Assembly (NCBI GenBank): GCA_963662395.1
Contig: OY759511.1
Span: 4,100,820 to 4,164,819, forward strand
DNA from: Paracoccaceae bacterium
GTDB taxonomy: Bacteria; Pseudomonadota; Alphaproteobacteria; Rhodobacterales; Rhodobacteraceae
Direction of reading: 5' to 3'
Length of the DNA: 64,000 nt
Numbering within the stretch: position 1 is the first letter of the stretch; every line of letters starts with the position of its first letter. Below, piece after piece: positions 19,227 through 27,167 of this stretch. The translations under genes and the position numbers were made by a program. The notes below the pieces were generated by a model that was not told the DNA's origin, did no database searches, and saw only the letters and a list, made by a program, of their open reading frames with translations.

Positions 19227-21279
19227 AAGGCTCGGTCAGCGCCGCCGTCTGATGATCAAGCTGCCTGTCCTGCCCGTGCCGCCGTTTTCCGGTGCGTTGC
19301 GGCAGAGTTGGTGTCGGCGGTTCAGAATCACAATCTGACTTCAACAGGTCCAGACCACTCGGACTCCCGCGCATTGTTACACCCGTTTCTTCACGAACCG
19401 ACTCGCCAGCGGCCAGCCGATCAATCATATCTCGTTGCTGGCAAACGTGAAGTCAGGCATTAGAACGGTCAATGCTCGGCGTTGATCAACCAGGCGATCT
19501 GACAATCCCATGCCCATCCAGGAAAATGCCCTCAATTCCGCATTGACCGAAGCGCTTTCAACGCATGACCTTCATGCCACGCCGGAACAGACGAAGGCAA
19601 AGAGCGGCGCCAAGCGGTGTGACGTGCGGATTCGACGGCGGCACGGCGACCGCTATTTCACGGCTCTTGAGTGCAAGATTGGACAGAGCACGACGCAGCA
19701 GCAGGCGGCGGTCAAGGATGCACAAAGATGGCTCAAGGAGAGCGACTGCTGGAACGCGCTTGCTCTTTGCTATCCGGAGGAGCTGAGCGAGGACCGACAG
19801 GCGACATCACGGCAGAGGCTGGAAATTGCGAGCGACCTCCTGATGGTCAAGATCAGCAAGGCCGGCATGATCGGACGCTGGCGAGAGGGAAGTCTGGCCG
19901 ATCTGGCAATACTCGCCGACGATATCGGCGCCAACGAGACCTATGCGGTCACCGACATCCTGCAGCGGGCAATACTCGAGGCAAGCGAAGAACTGGATTC
20001 ATCAACAGGACAGGAACTGGCCGAAACGCTGGAACTTCCATGGGATCCGGGCAAGAGCGGCGTTGATCCGCGACCGGCGCGTATTGCCTGTCTTGTCATG
20101 GCCAACATGGCCTTGCTGCAGAATCGCATGCGAAGCGAGGGAATCAGGGTCGCCGGTCTCGACCCGCTCGTTGCGTTAAGAAATGCTCCGAACAAGCAGA
20201 CGGCACTGCTCGACAACTGGCAGCGAATCCGTGACATCGACTATGCACCGGTTGTCGACCCGGCCCTTGCAGTGCTCCAGAAGCTGCCGAGCGACCACCA
20301 TACCGACAATGTGCTCGGGGTTCTGATCGAGGCTGTACTCGAATGCGCGCCGAGGATCCGCGGACTGCAACTGGACCATGCCGGGCCACTCTATCACGGT
20401 CTGTTGCAGACGGCGCGATATGACGGCTCGTTCTATACGAGCACGGCTGCGGCAGTGTTGCTGGCCGAATTGGCAATGCCGCCCGATTGGTCCGTCGTGG
20501 GCGATGGCTGGTCAGATGCCAGCAGGCTGATGGATCTCAAGGTTTGTGATCCGGCATGCGGTACCGGAACATTGCTCATGGCTGCCGCACGGACGATCGA
20601 GGGACGGTTTCGATCAGCCGGCGGTGACGAGACCGATCTTTCCGTCTTGCATCTTGGTCTGATCGAGAATGTGCTGCATGGGCTCGACATCAACCGCCAT
20701 GCGATTCACCTGGCCGCTTCCATGCTGACGCTCAGCGCACCGAAGATCGACTACAACAAGATGAATCTCTACAACATGCGGCATGGCGTGATGCGGCATG
20801 GCGAGAGCGCCAATGAAGAAGTGCGCGCTGGCTCGCTCGACATTCTGATCGACAATGCCGGGTACCTATCGGTGCTGGTACCGGACAACAGCCAGGAGTT
20901 GGCGCCGGACACCAGCCAGCATCGGGTGACCGCGTCCGGATACGGGGAAGAGGCGCCTGACCTCGAAGGAACTTGTGACCTCGTCATCATGAACCCGCCA
21001 TTCACCCGGAATGACATCCGCAATCGCAGCCTGCCTGAGTCGGACCGCAAGAAGGTGCAGAAACACGAGATATCACTTGCAAGAAACGTCCGGGACAAAA
21101 TTCACCGTGATGCGATAGACCAATCGACAATAGGCACATTCTTCACTCCGATTGCCGATCGACTGCTGAATTGCAGGGGAGTCATGGCAATTGTAAAGCC
21201 ATTTACCGCGTGCACCAATGCCAGCGGCAAGAGTGAACGGAATCTCCTTACAGACCCCGACCGGTTTCACCTTGAATTA

Positions 21280-22149
21280 GGGCCTGTTGACAATCGGGTT
21301 GCGAATCAGCCGCGTCAATGCCATTTTCCCTGCAACGCACGCCGGAATGGCGGCACGAGCAGTATAGAGGCAAATGACGGATGAATACAGACAGGACGGT
21401 GCTCACCGACGCCATGTGGGCGCGGACCCGCCCCATGCTGCCCGGCAAGGCGACCGATCCCGGCGCCGCCCGGCAGTGGGCAGGCAGTTTCTCGAGGCAG
21501 TACTCTGGCGGGCCCGCCGGCTCGCCATGGCGCGACCTTCCCGAGAGTTTCGGAAACTGGAACAGTGTCTTCAAGCGCTTCCGCAGATGGGCCCTTTCGG
21601 GCATTTTCGAACAGGTATTCAACGAGCCCCCGGATGAGTTCGACCTCGAATACGTGTTCGTGGACGGCACCATCGTGCAGGCCCACCAGAAGGCGGCCGG
21701 CGCAAAAGGGGGACCTGCCGGCAGGGGATCGGACGCTCCCGGGGCGGCCTGACCAGCAAGATCGTGGCAATCGTGGACGCCCTTGGCTGTCTCGTGCGCT
21801 TCGTGATCCTTCCCGGACAGGCACATGATCTTCTCGGGGTGCCGGAACTTCTTGCAGACCTCCGCTACGGGGCCCTCATCGGCGACAGGGCATTCGATGC
21901 CGACTGGCTGATCGAGGAGATCGGGGAGAGCGGCGCCATGGCGGTGATTCCCGCGAGGCGCCACCGGACAGTGCCCCGGCATCATGATCCCGAGATGTAC
22001 AAGTGGCGACACCAGATCGAGAACTTCTTCGCAAGAATCAAGGAGTTCCGGGCAGTGGCGACCCGCTACGACAAGACCGACACGAGCTTCGCGGCGGCGA
22101 TTCATCTCGTCAGTGGCGTGGTTGCGGCAACATGATTGTCAACAGGCCC
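21280..22149 (+). mobile_element. IS5-family (IS427-group-like) IS, copy 1 (870 bp)
   Basis: Termini GGGCCTGTTGACAATC and GATTGTCAACAGGCCC. TA target duplication at 21278-21279 and 22150-22151. Confidence 0.85.
21381..22135 (+). pseudogene. orfA/orfB transposase of IS copy 1 (normally joined by a -1 frameshift near GCAAAAGGGGG); orfA damaged
   Basis: The orfB part (VDALGCLVRFVILPGQAHD...RYDKTDTSFAAAIHL) is intact. In orfA the conserved VGRQFLEAVLWR stretch reads in another frame (GAARQWAGSFSRQYSGGPAG), which implies two compensating indels. Confidence 0.7.
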
Positions 22150-23137
22150 TAGTCATTACGAGCCACGACAACCGCCGGATCTATTTCTCCGAAAACACGG
22201 ATATCCATGAATCCCTGATTGTCGCACGCCGTCCAGCACCGGAAACCCGAGAGCGGCAGACAGCATTCGTCTCTCTTGCCGAGAACCCCGCCCATGCAAG
22301 TGAAGCGCATTTTCTTGCGGAGGCAATCCGGAAGGCACTCGACGGCGATAACAGCCTCCTGGCCAATTTCGGCACCATTGCCTGGCGGAGCGCAGGCCAG
22401 CTTCGGGACCGTCCGTGGAACGCTGCGTGCTTCTATCACCAGAGCCTTGCCGATGCATATGACGGGATGCTCGACAATCCCGCACTGGCAGCCATCGGCA
22501 ATCTTGCGAAGGTCGAACCAGAAGGACGAAGGATCAGGGATGCGTTCGGCAAGGCTGCGAATCGACAGAACCCGGACATGCGGGCCCTCTGGCAGCACAA
22601 ATCCGCTCGCCAAACCAAAATGCGAACGGGTCCGGACGAGTTTCTGGTCGCCAAGGAGGGCAAGCACCCATACGCCCAAAAACTCTGGCAGAAACGGAGC
22701 CATCTTCTGCTTGCCAATCGCATGTGGCTGAATTTGACGCAAACGCCGGCGGTGTTCTCGGATGATCAGATTCTGGGGTCGGCCTTTGTCCCGGTGTCTC
22801 CGGTTGAAGGCGATAAAGAACAATTGTGCAAGGCGTGGTGCGTCTGGCTGAATTCGACATTCGGCATCATTGCCTTCCTGAACACACGCCAGAAGAAACT
22901 CACCTATCCGAGTTTTTCCCTTGATGGTCTGCGGTCGCTTCCGGTTCCGGATCCCGCCCGTTGCGACATCGAGGGTTTGGCAGCGACCTACGACCTGCAC
23001 GCGAACGACACCTTGAAACCGCTTCCCGAAATTCATGCTGATCCGGTACGTCATATTCTTGATGAGGCCGCCATCCGAGCAATTCCCGGGTTGTCCGAAA
23101 GCGATGTTGCAGGCTGGCGGCAGTCAATCTCGCTGGA

Positions 23138-23186
23138 GCCCAGTGTCAATAATGAGAAGGAACCGTTTCGGCTGACGTGATGTTGA
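23138..23186 (+). repeat. 49-bp perfect direct repeat, copy 1 (includes the last 13 codons and stop of the type IIG-like gene)
   Basis: GCCCAGTGTCAATAATGAGAAGGAACCGTTTCGGCTGACGTGATGTTGA is identical at 26969-27017. Confidence 0.95.
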
Positions 23187-23443
23187 AACCGGTGCATGAG
23201 GGTCATGCACACAATTGATCGGACGTCCTGCGACAATTGCGCGTGGAGGGTCGAAATTGGGACTGACGTCGGGGAGATCTGCTCAAACAGGTTCGGCCAG
23301 GCATGGATCAACACCAACATGAACGCCCTCGATCGTGTCCGGCCGAGATGTTGCGCGCAACATAGCAGTTGATTTCGTCGGCAAGACACGTGAGGGGCCG
23401 CCGGAGGACTGGAACGTGTCGAGGAACGCCGGAGAAGACGGGA

Positions 23444-23791
23444 ATGAGGAGGAGATCGTTGACGCGTGATCTCATGCACACCTTCTTGGACCTGGGTGAT
23501 GCCACGTCGCGCAATCTCGGGTTCTCGCATCGGAGCGACGTCTGGGTGAGCTACGGTGAGGAGACCATCACCGAGACCAATCTTCTGGAGATCAGGCGGC
23601 GGCATCCCCACCATGTCCGTGTCCGCACCTTCCCGAAGCAGATCGAGGCGACGAACGGCGCGGACTGGGAATGGCGCATCGTCGGCTTGAAGCGAACGGG
23701 CCCTGCTGCAAAAATTGGGAATTATATACTTGCCGGAACTGGGTCGCCTGCTCTAAGCGTGGTGCATGAAAAACGAATCGTCAAATCCTGA
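23444..23791 (+). CDS. Hypothetical ORF, possibly the 5' fragment of a longer gene
   Basis: MRRRSLTRDLMHTFLDLGD...EETITETNLLEIRRRHPHHVRVRTFPKQIEATNGADWEWRIVG looks protein-like, then degenerates before the stop at 23789-23791. Confidence 0.25.
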   Translation: MRRRSLTRDLMHTFLDLGDATSRNLGFSHRSDVWVSYGEETITETNLLEIRRRHPHHVRVRTFPKQIEATNGADWEWRIVGLKRTGPAAKIGNYILAGTGSPALSVVHEKRIVKS

Positions 23792-23939
23792 TAATCAGCC
23801 TAAGCTGAAAAAAGACCAGTCCACCCGTCCACCCGTCCACCCGTCCACCCGTCCACCCGTCCACCCGTCCACCCGTCCACCCGTCCACCCGTCCACCCGT
23901 CCACCCGTCCACCCGTCCACCCGTCCACCCGTCCAATGA
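23766..23939 (+). other. 57-codon leader frame running through the octamer repeat and ending at TGA 23937-23939
   Basis: ATG 23766 gives MKNESSNPDNQPKLKKDQ followed by STRPPVHP repeats. With 14 units it is +2/-1 out of frame with the methyltransferase. Confidence 0.6.
23821..23932 (+). repeat. Simple sequence repeat (CCACCCGT)x14, perfect
   Basis: Counted directly: 112 bp in 14 units, with no stop codon in any + frame. Confidence 0.97.
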
Positions 23940-23988
23940 AGCCAACTGGCTGAACCGCACCCTCTTCCACGGCGACAATCTGAAATTC

Positions 23989-25245
23989 ATGCGGGCCATG
24001 AACTCGGAGTCGGTGGACTTGATCGCCACCGACCCGCCGTTCAACAAGGGTCGTGACTTCCATGCCACGCCCGATAGCCTCGCCGCCGGGGCCAAGTTCC
24101 AGGACAGGTGGTCATGGGAGCGGGATGTTCACCAGGAATGGGTTGACCAACTGCAGGATGACTACCCCGCGGTATGGGCCGTCATTGACTGGTCTCGAAT
24201 GACCTATGGCGATGACTTGGGCGCATTCCTGTGTTTCATGGCCGTTCGTCTTCTGGAAATGCACAGGCTACTCAAGCCGACTGGCAGCATCTATCTGCAC
24301 TGCGATCCGACCGCGTCACACTATCTGAAAACGCTAATGGACGCAGTGTTCGGAAATAAGCAATTTCGAAATGAAATTGTGTGGTGCTACTCGACTTCTG
24401 GACGAGCCAAAACCTGCTTTGCCCACAAACACGACATCATCCTGTATTACGCCAAGAGCAGGAATGCGTATTGGTCTGGATACAGGATCCCGGTCACGGA
24501 TAAATATCTCGACAGCCATTACAGGCAGATTGACGAGGACGGCAACCGATGTCGGATACGCACCGACCATGGCAAAACAAGAATATATTACCCGGATGAC
24601 GGGATGACATGTAACGATTGGTGGACGGAGTTTCCATATGTCAACTCTCAAGCCAAGGAACGATATGGCTACCCGACGCAAAAGCCGCTGAAACTCTATG
24701 ACCGCATCATTGAAGCATCCAGCAAGGAGGGTGACATCGTCCTTGATCCGTTCGCCGGTTGCGCCACAACCCTTGTCAGTGCCGAAAAACTGCAACGGGA
24801 ATGGGTAGGAATTGACATCTGGGATGATGCACACAAGGCCGTGATTGACCGTCTGAATGCAGATGTGATTGGCACTATCGGGATGTTTGGCAAAGTGCAT
24901 CTTGAAACCAAGCCGCCCCTTCGCACCGATGATAAGCAAACAGCCGCGCCCTTCCTGCGGGTCAAGCAGCGCGTGAAGGAACCGGAAGGGCAGAAGTGGA
25001 CACGGGCGCAGATGTACGAGCACTTGCTAGGCCAGCACGGCCCCCGATGTCAGGGCTGCGACCGTGCATTTGATGATCCGCGCTACCTTGAACTCGACCA
25101 CAACACGCCCCGCAGTGACGGCGGGCTCAATCACATATCGAACCGCATTTTGCTTTGCAGCCCTTGCAACCGGCTAAAATCGAACACATTCACGCTGTCG
25201 GGGTTGAGGCTGGAGAACATGAAGCGCGGATTCATGGCGAAATAG
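23989..25245 (+). CDS. N4/N6 DNA methyltransferase (pfam01555-type) fused to a C-terminal HNH nuclease domain; coordinates start at the first in-frame ATG, which lies inside the conserved N-terminal block
   Basis: SVDLIATDPPFNKG gives the DPPF motif and SIYLHCDP...FRNEIVWCY follows. Near the C-terminus of the MTase part is DIVLDPFAGCATT (FxGxG). The C-terminus YLELDHNTPRSDGGLNHISNRILLCSPCNRLKSN is an HNH motif. The frame is open upstream to 23809. Confidence 0.85.
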   Translation: MRAMNSESVDLIATDPPFNKGRDFHATPDSLAAGAKFQDRWSWERDVHQEWVDQLQDDYPAVWAVIDWSRMTYGDDLGAFLCFMAVRLLEMHRLLKPTGSIYLHCDPTASHYLKTLMDAVFGNKQFRNEIVWCYSTSGRAKTCFAHKHDIILYYAKSRNAYWSGYRIPVTDKYLDSHYRQIDEDGNRCRIRTDHGKTRIYYPDDGMTCNDWWTEFPYVNSQAKERYGYPTQKPLKLYDRIIEASSKEGDIVLDPFAGCATTLVSAEKLQREWVGIDIWDDAHKAVIDRLNADVIGTIGMFGKVHLETKPPLRTDDKQTAAPFLRVKQRVKEPEGQKWTRAQMYEHLLGQHGPRCQGCDRAFDDPRYLELDHNTPRSDGGLNHISNRILLCSPCNRLKSNTFTLSGLRLENMKRGFMAK

Positions 25246-25254
25246 GAGGGCGCA

Positions 25255-25530
25255 ATGACCCATAGGAGACAGGTGATGACAGAAGACGAAATGCGTAGCG
25301 AAATAGACCGTCTACAAGGCGAACTATCGGCGGCGACCGCCTGCATCGGCGACATTTTCCAAATCATCATCAATCTCGGTGGCGATGACATGCATGGTGT
25401 CGTTCTTGGAAAGATCAACAGTCGCAGGATTGAGATTGGTGCACTCGACATCAAAGGACCCGATTGGCGGGCTGGCATCCAACGCTTCAATGATCGCCTT
25501 GCGAAAGTCCTCACGCGTGATGAAAGTTGA
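25255..25530 (+). CDS. Hypothetical 91-aa protein downstream of the methyltransferase, tentative
   Basis: AGGAGG lies 6 nt before ATG 25255 and overlaps the MTase stop. First codon positions are purine-rich. A codon-aligned antisense ORF (25324-25533) competes with it. Confidence 0.35.
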   Translation: MTHRRQVMTEDEMRSEIDRLQGELSAATACIGDIFQIIINLGGDDMHGVVLGKINSRRIEIGALDIKGPDWRAGIQRFNDRLAKVLTRDES

Positions 25531-25590
25531 CATGGCACAATGCTCCGACTAGATTGGTTTCCAGCCGGAAGGTCACGTCATTGAATTTTG

Positions 25591-25632
25591 CGCCCCGCCC
25601 AGTCGCCAAACTTGCGGGGCGTTGTGCTTTTT
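25591..25632 (+). terminator. Possible rho-independent terminator
   Basis: Stem CGCCCCGC (25591-25598) pairs with GCGGGGCG (25614-25621) and is followed by TTGTGCTTTTT. The 15-nt loop is long, so this is only tentative. Confidence 0.3.
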
Positions 25633-26614
25633 AGCCCCTTGCGCCAGAGGCCAATCCGTTGTCGGCCTTGAGCGTCTTGTATGTCAGGCGCTTCCCGACC
25701 ATTCCACTGACAAGATAACCCATCTGGTCAACAGTGTTCAAGTCTCGAACGTTGTGACGACCTGCAAAATCGGCGACATAGCGATCAAGATGCTTGACGC
25801 TGAATTTGTGATAAACGCCCTTGTGCGCTCGCTTCAGGACACTCCAGAAACTCTCGATCCCGTTGGTGTGCGCCATTTCCCGGACGTATTCTCCAGCCGA
25901 GTGATTGACGCTCTCATGCGCCCTGTCCATCCCCACATAGCCGCGCCCATCATCGGTGTAGACCTGCGCTTCCGGCTCGGTGCGGCCTTCCACGAAACCC
26001 TGCAGGGTCGCGGCCTTCGTGTCGGTCACAACCGCGGCGGACACCCGGTTGGTATCCCGATCCTTCAATCCGGCAACAATTGACTTGCCGACAGCTCCCC
26101 GGCCGGCATTCAGCTTCTTGTCGGCGTGCTTGTTCTTCTCAACGCCGCCGATATAGGTTTCGTCCGCCTCGACCGGCCCGCCGAACGGCGGCTCGTCATC
26201 ATCTTCGAACGCCTTGCGAATGCGCTGGAGCATGAACCACGCGGTTTTCTGCGTCACGCCCAGATCCCGATGCAGCTTCATGCTGGACACGCCCTTGAGG
26301 CTGGTGAGGTGCATGTAGATGGCGATGGCCCAATCCTGGAAGCTGATCTTCGACCGCTCCAGAAGCGTCCCGATGCGGACACTGAAATGCTGTTTGCAAT
26401 CGCGGCAATGGTAGGGTCGGCGCTCGGCTCCCTTGTTCTCTGTCGTGTTGACCGATCCGCAATGCGGGCAATGGCGGCCATTCGGCCATATCTGCGCTTC
26501 GAACCATTTTCTGGCTGCATCTTCGGTCGGGAATTTCTGCATCAATTCCTTGACCGTCATTCCTTGCCGCTCTGATCTTCCGGGTGCTGTCGCCATGTCC
26601 GTGTTTCCCTTCAC
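25631..26614 (-). CDS. IS1595-family transposase (327 aa from the first ATG; may start at MTVKELMQKF)
   Basis: N-terminal zinc ribbon WPNGRHCPHCGS...YHCRDCKQHFS. DDE part VEADETYIGG, VYTDDGRGY, HTNGIESFWSVLKR. Element ends not resolved. Confidence 0.9.
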   Translation of the reverse strand: MKGNTDMATAPGRSERQGMTVKELMQKFPTEDAARKWFEAQIWPNGRHCPHCGSVNTTENKGAERRPYHCRDCKQHFSVRIGTLLERSKISFQDWAIAIYMHLTSLKGVSSMKLHRDLGVTQKTAWFMLQRIRKAFEDDDEPPFGGPVEADETYIGGVEKNKHADKKLNAGRGAVGKSIVAGLKDRDTNRVSAAVVTDTKAATLQGFVEGRTEPEAQVYTDDGRGYVGMDRAHESVNHSAGEYVREMAHTNGIESFWSVLKRAHKGVYHKFSVKHLDRYVADFAGRHNVRDLNTVDQMGYLVSGMVGKRLTYKTLKADNGLASGARG

Positions 26615-26728
26615 AAACGAATATAGGGATCGTCGGCTATTCCGTCAAGTATATAATCCCCCAAAAATTGCTCTCAGTTCTCCTTGTGAGCGAGGTCGCG
26701 GTAGATTGTGCTTCTTGGAGACTCTCCC

Positions 26729-26872
26729 ATGACCCATGACTTCACGTGGCGGCTTTTCCGGGGCGAGATCATTCCGTGGGCAGTTCAGTGGTATTGCCGA
26801 TATGACGTCGGCTATCGTGACCTCGAGGAAATGCTGGAAGAGCGCGGCATCAAGGTTGACCACACCGTGTTC
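26729..26872 (+). pseudogene. IS6-family transposase N-terminal fragment
   Basis: MTHDFTWRLFRGEIIPWAVQWYCRYDVGYRDLEEMLEERGIKVDHTV parallels the IS26-type N-terminus (F.GRHF..DIILWAVRWYCKYGISYRELQEMLAERGV.VDHST). Homology is then lost. Confidence 0.55.
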
Positions 26873-26968
26873 AAGGGCTTCGTGGCGATGGGTGCCCTCC
26901 GGAAGAAGCAGGCCAAGGCCTTCCAGCTTCAGCCCGGCATCAGGGGCGAAGTGCGTCTTGTCGAACGT

Positions 26969-27017
26969 GCCCAGTGTCAATAATGAGAAGGAACCGTTTC
27001 GGCTGACGTGATGTTGA
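26969..27017 (+). repeat. 49-bp perfect direct repeat, copy 2
   Basis: Identical to 23138-23186. Confidence 0.95.
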
Positions 27018-27167
27018 GCAAGTTGATGTCCCTGCATGGAGCGGAGCTCAAGCAAATCGCGATCCAGCAAAGATTTTGACGAAAGGCGGAGTCAGACCAC
27101 ACCCCGGGCAACTCCGGCAAATTCTTGCAACTGAGCCCGGAATGACAGTGAGACGGCAGTACCACCC

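Larger units (their letters stand above)
19510..23180 (+). pseudogene. Type IIG/IIL-like fused restriction-modification enzyme (PD-ExK nuclease, gamma-class N6A methyltransferase, C-terminal specificity region), split by an IS
   Basis: N-terminus RCDVRIRR...FTALECKIGQ gives a D...ExK pattern. Motif I is KVCDPACGTGTLL and motif IV is VIMNPPFTRND. Removing 21280-22149 plus one TA joins ...DPDRFHLEL to VITSHDNRRIYFSE... in frame, giving 932 codons. Confidence 0.7.

Noticed and set aside
23348-23363. 16-bp perfect palindrome ATGTTGCGCGCAACAT upstream of ORF 23444
   Set aside because: It could be an operator, but it is a single isolated palindrome next to a doubtful ORF. There is no supporting evidence.
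23821-23932. Could the tandem repeat be a CRISPR array or minisatellite-coded protein repeat?
   Set aside because: Units are 8 bp and contiguous with no spacers, so this is not CRISPR. A unit length not divisible by 3 argues against selection for a protein repeat.
23781-24095. Minus-strand ORFs encoding GWTGGRVD repeats
   Set aside because: They are just the antisense translation of the CCACCCGT octamer tract. They have no start context and overlap the methyltransferase 5' region.
25324-25533. 69-aa minus-strand ORF (MSTFITREDFRKAIIEALDASPP...)
   Set aside because: It is codon-aligned antisense to the 25255-25530(+) ORF. That ORF has the better ribosome-binding site (AGGAGG, 6 nt) and operon position. 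The two cannot be separated with confidence, so only the + ORF is listed, at low confidence.
27018-27167. Searched upstream of the RT for retron-like msr/msd inverted repeats or a structured ncRNA
   Set aside because: No convincing long inverted repeats or conserved-looking stem-loops are visible by eye. Covariance and RNA-seq analysis are needed, so no ncRNA is called.
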